Positions 12,040 through 25,771 of a DNA stretch of 64,000 nucleotides are shown in pieces. Made by a program: the position numbers and the translations under genes. This DNA comes from Eledone cirrhosa (Eukaryota): the NCBI GenBank assembly GCA_964016885.1, contig OZ024741.1:187860001-187924000 (forward strand), read 5' to 3'. The notes beneath the pieces were generated by a model, which saw only the letters and a program-made list of their open reading frames with translations, had not been told where the DNA came from and did no database searches. Position 1 is the first letter of the stretch. The number at the start of each line of letters is the position of its first letter.

Positions 12040-12180
12040 CTCAAATCCCACCGAGGTTAACTTTGCCTTTCATCCTTATGGGGTCGATAAAATAAAGTAC
12101 CAGTCATGCATTGGGGTCGATTTAATCGATTTTCCCCTCCCCCCAAATTACTGGCCTTGTGCCTATATAAGAAACCATTA
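12040..12180 (+). mobile_element. SINE fragment with conserved central domain (Deu/Nin-like); abundant family
   Basis: Core GAGGTTAACTTTGCCTTTCATCCTT..GGGGTCGATAAAATAAAGTACCAG. Further copies near 16495-16680(-), 24975-25085(+), 31196-31415(-), 35390-35490(-), 39824-39992(-), 43501-43672(-), 47439-47610(-), 48400-48620(-), 50025-50165(+) and 58447-58562(+). The domain name is from recall, not a search. Confidence 0.7.
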
Positions 12181-12224
12181 ATTAATTCTATCGTGCAATG
12201 CCTGTGCATGAAGATTTTTTTTTA

Positions 12225-12560
12225 AGTGAGGAAAGACTGTGCACTGAGCCAATCCCACTCTCTGAGCGACAGTAGCTATAATCCGAAAAGAAAAAATCCA
12301 CATCATCGGTAACTACTGAGCCACAGGTTTTAAATCGGAGTTATCCCAGTTTCCTGAGTTGCCTTCTCCTAGAAGAATGCCCTGACAAAAGCTAGGGGTC
12401 CCTTCACTCCCACTGATTTAACCGCGCGATTATTTCTATTTCCACGCGCATAAACATATATATGCATACACATATATACATATATACACATGTACATACA
12501 TATTTATACATTTTGGGATAGCCGTTGACTCTTATGAGTTCTTCCACCATTTGTCATACT
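12225..12560. repeat. Interspersed repeat family, possibly the 5' region of an RTE-type LINE on the minus strand
   Basis: Similar blocks at about 60200-60560 and 60885-61070 (CCAATCCCACTCT..ATAATCCGAAAAGAAAA..CATCAT..CCTTCTCCTAG). Confidence 0.45.
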
Positions 12561-13246
12561 CTAGACTTAGACATACATACATACATACATACATACATAC
12601 ATACATACATACATACATACATACATACATACATACATACATACATACATAGTAACTGCCTCAATACAAATCTTGAGAAGCTGGGCTTCACAGGAACAGA
12701 AAGAACACAACTAGTTAGGAAATTACAAGTACAATCCATTAATGGAACAGTAAAAATATGTAAAACATTCCAAAAATGTTGCATCTAATAACAGCATATA
12801 CACATGTACAGATACAAAGCATATACACATGCACACATACAACTCAAAACATATACATCCACACATACAATAACATCCATATCTACATATACATGCATGC
12901 AGACATACATACATATCTACCTAGTTGATGTTGTGTAAATTCCAATGTGGGAGACTTGTGTCTATGTTAGAAACCAACTCTCTCTCTATTGGGAAAAAAT
13001 TTGTGAAATTATAAAACCATATATATATATATGTGTGTGTGTTTCCTTTACATATGAAAAAACACCATCCAACCACATTCGTGTTATGTAACTTAAATAA
13101 ATACTTTATGCAGGTACGGCGCTACTTTTATGACAAACTAGATGGATGCCAGGGCGCAAACCTCATAGAGGCGCATTATAGGACTTTTTCTTGGTCGGAG
13201 CAAGAAATGTTAAAAATTATATCCACACACACACAACCACACACAA

Positions 13247-13301
<55 letters not shown>

Positions 13302-13440
13302 TGCACACATTAATGGTCAACTGTAGTGTTGCTGTTTTGAGGAAAGATGATATTCCCGTGTATATCATTGAGTAGGCAAAACAATAGAGTCAGATATAAA
13401 CAATGTTAAGCAATTTATATATTTATTCTTTATCTAGTTA

Positions 13441-13600
13441 TGTGGAGGCGCGTGACCTAGTGGTAAGGGTGTTGGACTTACGATCATAAAGTTCGATTCT
13501 TGTGCTGGATTGCGTGTTGTGTTCTTGAGCAAAACGCTTCATTTCCCGTTGCTCCCGTATACTCAGATGAAAATGAGTACCAGCAATAGCTGGGGGAGTA
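13441..13600 (+). mobile_element. tRNA-derived SINE
   Basis: GGAGGCGCGTGACCTAGTGGTAAGG...GTTCGATTC...TTCTTGAGCAAAACGCTT. Related heads at about 24310-24430 and 48055-48170. Confidence 0.65.
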
Positions 13601-14479
13601 TTGTACTCTCAGTCGCTTCAAACCTAGTGAGTCTTCTGGCTTGAGACATACTTTTGACTCTAGACTAGCTATTCCCCTTTCTTTCCATGCGATATGATTT
13701 CTCCACTGTTTATATAAAAATCTGATCCATCCATTGTTTCTGAGGATAAACAGCAGAATGTGTTTAAGCAGATTGTGTTTAATGTATAGAGTTGCACAAC
13801 TCCCATCAATATGTCTATACATCAATATTTTTGCTCTCTGAAACGATCGTAACACGGGGAATTAATTAACTACTTAACATTATATATATATTTGTGTGTG
13901 TGTGTGTGAGAGAGAGTGTGTGTGTGTGTGTGTTTGTGTGTATAATGACACACACACACACACACATCACCGAGATTGATTGGGTGTGTCTACATCTATT
14001 TCAAGAACTGGGTCTGTGTTAAAAGAGAGAGTCTTTGTTGTCTTTAAAAGAGGTGACTAAATACACTAATTAGATCACAGTAATTTGTCATATAAACACA
14101 CACACATACACATCCATATGTACACCCATACGGATACATACACATACCCACAATGTATATTGAAATAAAACGTTATATTTGTAGGAGACGTGATACGAAT
14201 TGAAATTCGAGGGATTGTGTTGTTGTTTTCGTCCATGACAAATTTAGAACCAGGTCACATAAACAAGAACATACATACCTTCATAGTTACAACCATATGT
14301 ATAAATACTCGCATAAACATATATAAATAAATTTTGATCCCTCTTACATTCTGGATATATGGTCCATATTGGACCTTGATACCTTAGTTTGATGCCTCAA
14401 ACAATCCAAAATTGTGCACACTCTCGCCGACAAAATAAGTACATCTATGATGCAAAGTCCACCACATAATAGGCTACAT

Positions 14480-15670
14480 ATAAAAAAAAAAACAATTCTA
14501 AAACACACGATGACATAAACACCGAGGCGAAGGAGCTATGCACTCTCCTTAAGGTAAAAGACCATGCCATAGGCTCCACTCAAGGATCACAAGCCAAATG
14601 TCCTCCCCAACCCTGAGTGCAGGCTGATTACCACCTCTAAGAGTGAAATAAATAGAATTAATACGAACAAATTTGTTCTGCATCATCATCGCAATCAGAA
14701 AGACAACTGGTCTAGTCCAATAGGTCTCCAACAACCCCGCCATCAGCTAGTTTCGCAACATCGAGAATAAAACAGACTGCAGACTCACCTAGTTCGACGT
14801 CGGGGACTTTTATCCTTGAGTATCGAAATCTTTCTGATTGAAATTCCTAGATTTAGGGAAACAATTTACTGCGACCTTGATGTCAGAATAATTCAGAACA
14901 CCAAGAAGTCACTGCTGTTCCACAACTTACACTGGATGAAAAAGGAAGGGAACCGATTGATCGACGCATCCATGGGATCCTACGATGGGGCTAAGGCTGC
15001 TGACATTGTCGGCCTATTCCTCGTTGATACCCCCAAAGAAATGAACCTCCCCTCCCACACACACACACATAGCTCAGCCAGATACGGTGACGATGGCCTT
15101 GCAATGTCAGACCAAATGAATGGCTATGCCATGGACTAGTTAAAAGGGGCAAACACTACCCCAACAGGAAACCTAACGTGGAAACCGTTTATAAATATAA
15201 GAATTCCAACCTCCTCACTGGAACAGTTAAGAACCTTGTAAACAGAATCAGTAGAAGAATTTCTCGCTTATTGTCCAACAAACAGATTTTCGAAAATGCT
15301 GCACCCGATTACAAAGGTATTAGCGAAAAGTGGTTTACGGAAGGAAAAGCGAACATCCAACCAACTGCTAAGAGTGTTAGAAAAAAGTAAATAAGATTGT
15401 TCAACCCTCCATTCAATTTAGAGGTATCGACGGATATAGAATTTCCTGACGGATAAAAGAATTTCCTGTCCCTAATCAAGAAACATTTCCTATATAGCCA
15501 TAGCTACCACAATGTGAAAGTTGCCCCTGTTTAGTTAGAGAGAAAAAAGCACGTATGTACACAAGCCCTAAAACATACTCCAACCAGCAAATGCCAAAAC
15601 TCTGCCAACTGTCAACTCTGCTTTCACGAGAGATTGTATATACTGCAACAACCTATATATCCGTCAACGG
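14480..15670 (+). mobile_element. Degenerate Penelope-like element (RT and start of GIY-YIG region)
   Basis: Fragmented motifs NPECRLI, FDVGDFYP, KKSLLF, MGSYDGA, YGDDGL, FNPPFN, IKKHF and REIVYTAT. Confidence 0.8.
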
Positions 15671-15707
15671 GAAAACAGAGAGAGATGGTTTGATAATATC
15701 CATGAGC

Positions 15708-15989
15708 TCATGGATGTTTATCAAACCATCTCTCTCTGAGTCTAACCTTGGGTCTCCTGCCGGTTGGGTTTGCCCGTAAAATCTGTCCAGCGATTCTTTT
15801 CTGAGTCGTTCTAACTATATGCCCGTAATATCGGAGTGGTGATCTCTCAATTCGGAGAGGTAGCGGCTCTACTTGGAGCCACTCTCTGATCTGCGAGCTA
15901 CGCACTCTATCGAGTATCGTTACTCCAAAGATCATTTGGAGGAAACTCATTTTGGCTGCTTGTATTTTCGTTCGTATTCTTTCGCTCAT
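15708..15989 (-). mobile_element. RTE-clade LINE 3' fragment
   Basis: IQAAKMSFL..DRVRS..LRYYGHIVR..GRRPKVRLRERW; homologous to 58934-59340. Confidence 0.8.
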
Positions 15990-16347
<358 letters not shown>

Positions 16348-16829
16348 GAACATATGTCAAAACAGCGAAATAAATGCTGTCAATGACAGTGATGAGTAAC
16401 GGTGCCTCAGAGACCAGCGGCCAGTGGTTGGCAAAGAGAAATGGGGAGGACAAGAAGTGTGTTGGCGCATAGAAGTGTCTGGAAGAAGGAAATAAGTGTT
16501 TCTACTTTAGGCACAAGGCCAGCAATTACCCAGTACATTACTGGTACTTTATTTTATCGACCCCGTAAGGATGAAAGGCAAAGTCAACCTCGGCAGGATT
16601 TGAACTCAGATCGTAAAGGGACGTAACTATGCTGGAAAGCATGGCGTCCGACCCTCTACCGATACTGCCAATCCGAAATAATGAAAGGTGATGTACAAGA
16701 CAAGTTTATCATCTTTATCCTCATCAGCTATGATAAAGTTAAATGAATAAATATTGTTATCTCTGATCGAAACGAAGCGAGAGTATATTTAAATTCATAG
16801 AAAATGACTACATACATATATACATATCA

Positions 16830-17480
16830 TGATCATCAGGTAGCTGGTCCGTTCCAGACATCGGCGATCATGGCGTTCCAGTCCTTCCTGTTGTCAATGT
16901 TCCAGAAGTGGTCGCTCTTTCTTTTCCTATTTTCATTGGCATATTTGTTCAGGCTGTCTGTGAATGTTTTTCGTTATCTCCCTTGTCTCTTCTTTCCAGC
17001 GATCTTGCCACAAAGAATCAGCTTCTCTAAACCGCCTCTTCTGTTTATGTGGCCAAAGAATTCCAATTGTTTGTTTTTAATAGTAAAGCTAAGAGATCTT
17101 TCCATGCTTGCCAGTCTTATGACTTCACCGTCCAAGATATTTTAAATATTCTCTGGATGAACCACATTTCAGCGTCGTCCAGTTTCCTTGCCAATTTATT
17201 GCTTATCGTCTACCATTCACAACCGCATAGAAAGATGAACCATAGTTATGTTTCAGGACGCAGATTTTTGTGAATATATTTATGTACTCTGTTTGTAAAT
17301 ATGGTTTTCATTTTGTTAAAAGCATCTTTTGATAAAGTAATTCTTCTCTATATTTCTCTGTCACATCTACCGTCTGATGTCAAGGTATATTCAAGGTATT
17401 TAAAGAAGTATATTTGTTTGATGTTTACGTCATTACATTTGATGTTGTATGCTGGTATCTGAGGCTTTCTAGCGACCACC
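16830..17480 (-). mobile_element. Degenerate RTE-like LINE 3' fragment
   Basis: Minus-strand remnants of a YL-type motif after the RT, MWFIQRI and GKRDKG, typical of RTE ORF2 C-termini. Confidence 0.6.
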
Positions 17481-17634
17481 ATGCATTCAGTTTATATACT
17501 TAAACACATACACAGACATATATATATGTACATACATACATATATATACATACGTACATACATACATACATATATACATACATACATACATACATACATA
17601 CATACATACATACATACATACATACATACATACA

Positions 17635-17667
<33 letters not shown>

Positions 17668-17759
17668 GTACCGATTGTGTTGTTATTTCTGTTTACCTTT
17701 TACATACATACATATATATATATTTAATTTATATATATATTTAATTTATTAATTCTTCA

Positions 17760-18400
17760 TTGAGCCACATCCTGAATGGTTGCCAAAACACACAGATATA
17801 TCTGTGACTTTATTTAATTGGTGTATATGTAAATCTTTATATTTAATAATCTCCCATAAGGTTGAGATGCAATTTGGGCAATATTGGGCTGCGCTTTCTA
17901 GCAACCAACCCACTCGCCGTAAGCAACCAATCACACTCCTTCTGACTTGACCACTGCCACGTCACAATTCTTAGCCATTTTGAATTCGTGTTTGGCGAGG
18001 ACCACTTCAGAAAATAATGTCCTAGCGAGTTTGTCTCCTGACGAGTTCGAAGCTCGAGATTTATCCTTAATAGGATATCTCAAAATGCGAACGAAACCCA
18101 AGAGTAAGGATATTATCCTGGTATGTATATAAGCATTTCTAACTTTAATTTTATACCTAATTGTGTATGGTTGACCGTATATTTAATTGATTTCCACGTG
18201 CTGTTGAAATGTTGGGTAAATATTCTATAGCGGTTGGCCGCGAAGAGGCTGCTATCGTTTATTTAATTACTGTTTCTTCATAGGTGCTTTTTAATCTTAT
18301 GGCCTGGTCTAATTGATTTTTTGTGTGGTTAATTATGCTAATTGGGAGAGGAAATGATGTATATATTATATTATCAAATGATTCTATAGACATACTTTAT
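17760..18400 (-). mobile_element. Possible highly degenerate Penelope-like fragment
   Basis: Weak minus-strand resemblance to a GIY-YIG region (YxGQT-like near 18170-18185); no open frame. Confidence 0.3.
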
Positions 18401-18401
18401 A

Positions 18402-18475
<74 letters not shown>

Positions 18476-18478
<3 letters not shown>

Positions 18479-18663
18479 TAAGTAAGACCCCGACGGCTGA
18501 GCTCAAGCCGTTTCGACGGCTAATTCTGTACAGAATTAGCCGTCGAAACGGCTTGAGCTCAGCCGTCGGGGTCTTACTTACTCCTATTACCTACTCTACT
18601 ACCCTAAGTATTGAGTACTTTGGTGCGTTATGGTCCACCTGGTTCCTTACCACTTTTCCCTCG

Positions 18664-18664
<1 letters not shown>
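18476..18664 (+). mobile_element. Short fold-back element in (TA)n carrying the 3' half of a hammerhead motif
   Basis: Perfect 108-bp palindrome 18476-18583 plus a unique tail. Relatives at 30786-30975(-), 31950-32012, 32137-32323, 38040-38172, 42000-42136, 45735-45872, 47805-47997(-) and 49130-49192. Confidence 0.8.
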
Positions 18665-18724
<60 letters not shown>

Positions 18725-18744
18725 CATATATCTATCTATCTAGG

Positions 18745-19300
18745 GTGGGTAAAATTCCCGAGATCCATGGACGAGTTCTCTCCAGCGGTCTCTGTTCTTA
18801 GGGCATCAATATATGTCATCCTCGGTCTTCCTCTTCTAGTGTGTCCGTGTAAGGGCTCCCACAGGACCACTGAGTACAGTGCCAACTCTAAATATCAGTG
18901 AGCATGTCCAGCTAGCCTCAGTCTTCTCTGTGTTACTTTCGAGCTGACCTTTGGGAGCCTCCCGTACATCCCTGAGTTATTCATCCTCAGTGTATACTGA
19001 TTAATGTTCAGAGCGATCCTCAGTATCATCGTTTAGCACCCATCCACCATCTGAGTGAGTTTCTTGGTCAATCTCCAAGTCTCAGACCCGTACAGCAACA
19101 CAAACTCCACTGTAGCAACGAAGAGACGGATCTTCAGGTCTTTACGAAGGTCCGACTTCCACACCGATCTCAAACTGTGTCATGCTATCCAGTCTTTGCT
19201 CTTCATCTCAACCACATCATCTTATGTGTTCCCAATCTTTGCTCCCAGATACAGGAAATCCTCAACCAAATCTAGCGATTTCCCGCCTACTTTCATAATC
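18745..19300 (-). mobile_element. Degenerate RTE-like LINE fragment
   Basis: Minus-strand remnants DFLYLG, RLFVATVEFVLLYGSETWRLT, RLRLAGHAH and RGRPR. Confidence 0.7.
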
Positions 19301-19323
19301 CTCTCTCTCTCTCTCTCTCTCTC

Positions 19324-19411
<88 letters not shown>

Positions 19412-20764
19412 CGAAAATATTCTGCATGTTTATAATAAACATTTTGAAGACCTAATCGCTATAGAATAGAATACGTCACGTATTACAATTAGATTCTCGA
19501 TAAAAGCAAGGGAAGTAATCTACGCGTTTCATTCTTATTAGAAATCTTCAGGACTACATATCCAGTGCTTTTATCGAGAATGACACAGCTAGAGACTTAT
19601 AGAATACTTAGCTGTGTACAGGAACTGGTTTGAAAGAGCGGTTGCCGGTCCGGCAGAAATTAGAAATTGGAATAAATGCTCTGAAATAGCGATATATATG
19701 TGAATATAGACATAGAATATTCGAAAATATTCTGTATGTTTATAATAAACATTTTGAAGACCTAATCGCTATAGAATAGAATACGTCACGTATTACAATT
19801 AGATTCTCGATAAAAGCAAGGGAAGTAATCTACGCGTTTCATTCTTATTAGAAATCTTCAGGACTACATATCCAGTGCTTTTATCGAGAATGACACAGCT
19901 AGAGACTTATAGAATACTTAGCTGTGTACAGGAACTGGTTTGAAAGAGCGGTTGCCGGTCCGGCAGAAATTAGAAATTGGAATAAATGCTCTGAAATAGC
20001 GATATATATGTGAATATAGACATAGAATATTCGAAAATATTCTGTATGTTTATAATAAACATTTTGAAGACCTAATCGCTATAGACCTAATTCGAATATT
20101 CTATGTCTATATTCACATATATATCGCTATTTCAGAGCATTTATTCCAATTTCTAATTTCTGCCGGACCGGCAACCGCTCTTTCAAACCAGTTCCTGTAC
20201 ACAGCTAAGTATTCTATAAGTCTCTAGCTGTGTCATTCTCGATAAAAGCACTGGATATGTAGTCCTGAAGATTTCTAATAAGAATGAAACGCGTAGATTA
20301 CTTCCCTTGCTTTTATCGAGAATCTAATTGTAATACGTGACGTATTCTATTCTATAGCGATTAGGTCTTCAAAATGTTTATTATAAACATACAGAATATT
20401 TTCGAATATTCTATGTCTATATTCACATATATATCGCTATTTCAGAGCATTTATTCCAATTTCTAATTTCTGCCGGACCGGCAACCGCTCTTTCAAACCA
20501 GTTCCTGTACACAGCTAAGTATTCTATAAGTCTCTAGCTGTGTCATTCTCGATAAAAGCACTGGATATGTAGTCCTGAAGATTTCTAATAAGAATGAAAC
20601 GCGTAGATTACTTCCCTTGCTTTTATCGAGAATCTAATTGTAATACGTGACGTATTCTATTCTATAGCGATTAGGTCTTCAAAATGTTTATTATAAACAT
20701 ACAGAATATTTTCGAATATTCTATGTCTATATTCACATATATATCGCTATTTCAGAGCATTTAT

Positions 20765-20770
<6 letters not shown>
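19412..20770. mobile_element. 310-bp hammerhead-containing tandem repeat (retrozyme-like) in two opposed arms
   Basis: Unit starts at 19412, 19722 and 20032 (arm ends at 20085). Reverse-complement units start at 20091, 20401 and 20711. Flanked by (TA)n on both sides. Confidence 0.9.
20259..20301 (+). ncRNA. Type I hammerhead ribozyme motif (also 20569-20611 +, 19515-19557 -, 19825-19867 -)
   Basis: Stem I GUAGUC/GAUUAC; core CUGAAGA; stem II UUC-UAAUAA-GAA with a U.U closing pair; GAAAC-GC-GUA; predicted cleavage after 20295. Confidence 0.82.
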
Positions 20771-20809
<39 letters not shown>

Positions 20810-20984
20810 CATTATAATAAATGTTCGGTGAATCCATACGTACATATATATATGTGTGCTTGTATGTATATATATATACATACTACTGTACGTCTGTATA
20901 CGTATATGTATGTACGTGTACATACTTATATTTAAGTAACAGCCGTACTAAGAGTGGGAAATGAAATTTCGTTTCATTTTTTCC

Positions 20985-21050
<66 letters not shown>

Positions 21051-21099
21051 AATTAGTATATCTACCAACATATATATACAGATGTATACCTATGCTAGC

Positions 21100-21900
21100 A
21101 AATATATAGGTTTTGTCTTAGTAACTTTGTGGTTCAATGCAAGGGGATGCAGAACAATTATATGAAAGACGTAAAATAAGAAAATTATAAAAATTTACTT
21201 ACTTACAAAAATTTCACTCCAACTAATTAGTTTCTGAAAGGGAATAAACATGGTTTCCGATTGGAACAACATGGAGAAATATCCTTTCGTCATCAGGGAG
21301 ATCTGTTCTCAGCTAAGTTCCCAGGCAAAGCGTGGACACAGGGAACTTATACAAAAATAATTCAGTGGATGGAAAAAAGCAAGCGAGGACTAGATTCCTG
21401 GACATTGAAAAATGTAGGCAGTGATTTTTTCATGTAATCCATAGAAAAGATAGCCCGATGATAAACACATTAAAATCTACAGCAATGTGGAAGATATACA
21501 TATACATAATATGAAAGATTACTGGTGGAATGTTCCAGTAAAAACCCCAATAAAATGCAGACATAACAGACCATGTATGGGACAGGGAAAAGAAGGGATG
21601 CACAGTAGGGGAAGTTAGCTGTCCAGCAAATGCCAATATAATATCAAAGATTAGCGAAAAGGAGAATATTTATGCAGAACTAATGAGAAATCTGCAGATA
21701 CTCCACCCTGACTATACCTTCAGATTTATGTCTGTGATTATTTGGGCACTGGGGTATGTTAGTAACTGCCTCAATACAAATCTTGAGAAGCTGGGCTTCA
21801 CAGGAACAGAAATAACACAAGTTAGGAAATTACAAGTACAATCCATTAATGGAACAGTAAAAATATGTAAAACATTCCAAAAATGTTGCATCTAATAACT
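21100..21900 (+). mobile_element. R4/Dong-like non-LTR retrotransposon 3' fragment (restriction-like endonuclease domain)
   Basis: Remnant KCRHNRP...EVSCP...KISEKENIYAEL...VIIWALG. A second 3'-end copy with shared downstream sequence lies at about 12651-12910. Confidence 0.65.
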
Positions 21901-22225
21901 GCATATACACATGTACAGATACAAATCATATACACATGCACACATACAACTCAAAACATACACATCCATACATACAATAATATCCATACATATATACATA
22001 TATATATATACATACATATACATATATATATACACATATATATATACATATAGACATATATACGTACATGCATATATACACACACATATACATACACATA
22101 TATATACATACATACATATATACATACATACATATATATATACATACATATATATATACATAAATATACATACATATGCATACATACATACACACATTTT
22201 ATATATATATATATATTATACATAT

Positions 22226-22412
<187 letters not shown>

Positions 22413-22415
22413 TAA

Positions 22416-22772
22416 TATATAAGATCAAAAGATGGTTAAAGGAGTTCCATGTATTTTATTATGCGCATTTCAAAAACAAACATCATCATGCAATAATATT
22501 TGTGTTTTCATCAGATAAAACAGGAGGACATGATATGAGGGCTAAAAAACACTTGTGGATAGTGCAGTTTTAAATCAACATGATATGTTGATTTAAACAT
22601 GATATGTTGATTTAAAACTGCACTCTCCACAAGTGTTTTTTAGCCCTCATATCATGTCCTCCTGTTTTATCTGATGAAAATACAAATATTATTGCATGAT
22701 GATGTTTGTTTTTGAAATGCGCATAATAAAATACATGGAACTCCTTTAACCATCTTTTGATCTTATATATTA
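22416..22772. mobile_element. Fold-back Penelope pLTR-derived element with two divergent hammerheads
   Basis: Inverted arms of about 165 bp. HHR at 22663-22733(+) and 22452-22522(-): UGUUUUAU-CUGAUGA-stem II-GAAA-UGCGCA-UA-AUAAAAUA. Confidence 0.85.
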
Positions 22773-22776
22773 TGTA

Positions 22777-22976
22777 NNNNNNNNNNNNNNNNNNNNNNNN
22801 NNNNNNNNNNNNNNNNNNNNNNNNNNNNNNNNNNNNNNNNNNNNNNNNNNNNNNNNNNNNNNNNNNNNNNNNNNNNNNNNNNNNNNNNNNNNNNNNNNNN
22901 NNNNNNNNNNNNNNNNNNNNNNNNNNNNNNNNNNNNNNNNNNNNNNNNNNNNNNNNNNNNNNNNNNNNNNNNNNNN
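22777..22976. other. Assembly gap (200 N)
   Basis: Run of N. Confidence 1.
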
Positions 22977-24280
22977 CAACTGGCTTTTCCACATAATACA
23001 TATTGTTAGCACCCCAAACACTTAAATTGGGTTTATATTAAAATATAACCTAATGTTTGTTGAGTGAGATGGTTACCAGTCAGAGATTAGCTTTAAACTA
23101 TCTCTGTTATTGTATTAATATTTTACTCTTGATTGGCCAGAGGTGTTTATTTCCAGGTACCTTATAAATTTGACTTTCCGTATTTATTACTGTTGTGCGA
23201 TATTGTGGTTTTTATTGGTTGTAACTTCTCTGTTTTTTAGCCTAAGAAAATATATATATGCCTATGTATATAATTACATGCATACATTTATTTTTTAATA
23301 TTAATTGAGTTCTTTACACGAGGAATTGATATTAGTTTTGAAATAACTAATTAACCCGCGTGTGTTTTATATTTTACTCTTAATTCGGCCGGAGATTTAC
23401 ATTCCCATTTGCCCTTTAAAGCATAACTTTCCGTATTTACTACGGTTACGAGATGCGGTTTCTTATTCAGGTACAACCTCTGTTTTTAGCCTAAGAAAAT
23501 ATCTATATGCGTGTGTAATTTATACACGCATATATTTATTTTTTTAATTTCAATTGAGTTCTTAACACGTTGGATTGATAATGTTTTCGAAAAAACTGAT
23601 TAACCCGCGTGTATATTATTTTTTTTTTCCTCCTTTCGTGGATCGTAGTTGTCTCCCCTTCCCGCTTAGTGACGCTATAATACTTCCTCAGTCAAAAACT
23701 GCTGGAATTTCAAATTTGCCGGTCATTCGATGCGGGAAGGAGCAACTTAACGGACACGATTTTTAACTGTGGTAAGAAATGTTTTTCTTATATCAAAGTT
23801 TATTGGGCTTCCACTGATGATTTATAAGCGCCCACCTAAATATATTCTTACATGAATGTATATTAGGCTTCTACATAAACTGGAAATATTCTCCGAATTT
23901 GTAGAAAACTTATAATGAAACAATTGTTTGGAATGAGAGATATATTTTAACTTTAATTATATCTCATAAAATAATACAACTGGCTTTTCCACATAATACA
24001 TATTATTAGCACCCCAAACACTTAAATTGGGTTTATATTAAAATATAACCTAATGTTTGTTGAGTGAGATGGTTACCAGTCAGAGATTAGCTTTAAACTA
24101 TCTCTGTTATTGTATTAATTATATATATATATATATATATTCTTGTACAGATATTTTTGAAATATAATAACAAAATATAAACAAACGTATTTATTTCACG
24201 AGGCTCGATAAGGATAAATATATATCAAATATATAAGAACCCTAGAGCAAATCCCGAGCAACGCCGGGCCATTCTGCTAG
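22977..24280 (+). mobile_element. Probable non-autonomous Helitron-related region ending in a hairpin and CTAG
   Basis: 3' end CCCGAGCAACGCCGGGCCATTCTGCTAG|T at about 24253-24281. A direct repeat spans 22977-23120 and 23977-24118. The 5' boundary is unclear. Confidence 0.5.
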
Positions 24281-25669
24281 TATTGTATTAAAATAATTAC
24301 GTTGTGGACGCAGCATGGCCGAATGGTTAGGAAAATTGCTTCACAAATAAAAGATTCTAGGTTCGATCCCATTGCGTGGTATCTTAGGCAAGTGTTATTT
24401 AACATAACCTTGGGTTGACCCAAGTCATGTGAGTGAAATTGAATGGCCCTGTCACACACCGAACCTCTTTGAGAATTTCTTTCAGGGTATGCGTGTCTGT
24501 TGTTTAGCCACAGTTTGACCCTTATCAGACAAACGTGTGTTCAAAAGACTTCCAGCCATAATCATCCCATCTTTATATTCAGACATAGTGCATCTAGGGC
24601 TACATTGCGTGAAGCGTCCTTCTATAAAGATGTTCTTTAACCCTAGTAAGCCCTGTTTCAGCAGGCCTGTAATCAAAGGTTATCAACTGTGACTATCTGG
24701 TCTTTTGTTCAAATAGAGTATATCTAGAAATGCATTAACTCATGTGACCATTTTTATTATTATTGTTTACAGCTAAGTATCTACAAGATATCTACAAAAA
24801 TGTACAAAATATCTACAAGAAAACGGAGAAAATAAACCTCACATACACCGGGTTAGACGTCTCACTGTCACTCACATATTTAGAAAGTAATAAACCAGTT
24901 ATTAACCACTTTGAAATATGTAACCAACGACGAAATTCTTCACAAGTTATTACAATACACATATCCTCTACAAACGGTGGTCGAGTCATTGAAACGCTGG
25001 ATTTTTGTTCCGGTCTCTAAGTTCAAATCTCGCCGAGGTTGACTTTGCCTTTTATCCTTTCGGAATCGATAAATAAAGTACGAGGTTAGTGCTGGTACAG
25101 CGTTCTCCCATTCCAGCTATCACATCGTGGATGTTCGGTTGGGTTAAGGGAGGGAGAGTCGAGAAGGTGTCTATATGCTTGCGACTATATGAATACATAG
25201 CCTCCTAAGCGAAAGCTTGTTAATTATTACCAAATCATACTTGATTGCGAGGGACAGCTGTAGTATTTATTCTATACAAAACAGGCCATACAGACATATA
25301 CCACTACAACCACCACAAGCACAATCACAACCAACACAACCACACATATGTGTGTAGTATCTTAATATGTATGTGTAAAACAAGGAGAAACAAATAGACA
25401 TACAGACAGAAGGAGAGGCACAGAGAATGTGGGTCAGTTATGTAGTAACCTTTTCTGCTTTCCCTTCTACTGCAATCTCTAAACAAGACCAAACAAGACT
25501 GATGATTTGTTCCATTTTGTCCAACTGCTAATCTTTAGTCCATACTTTTATAGAAGCTAAAATAACAGCCAATCCCTTAATGAGTGTAAATATTAGAAAT
25601 AACAATATAACATATACAGACACCATAACACATACACACATATATTTGTGCGTGTGTATTATGTGTGTG

Positions 25670-25726
<57 letters not shown>

Positions 25727-25771
25727 ATGATATGTATATATCGTGTATATGTACATGTTTTGCCTTATATA

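Noticed and set aside
19412-20770. CRISPR-like or plain satellite interpretation of the 310-bp repeat
   Set aside because: There are no unique spacers, the context is eukaryotic, and the units are identical and carry a ribozyme fold.
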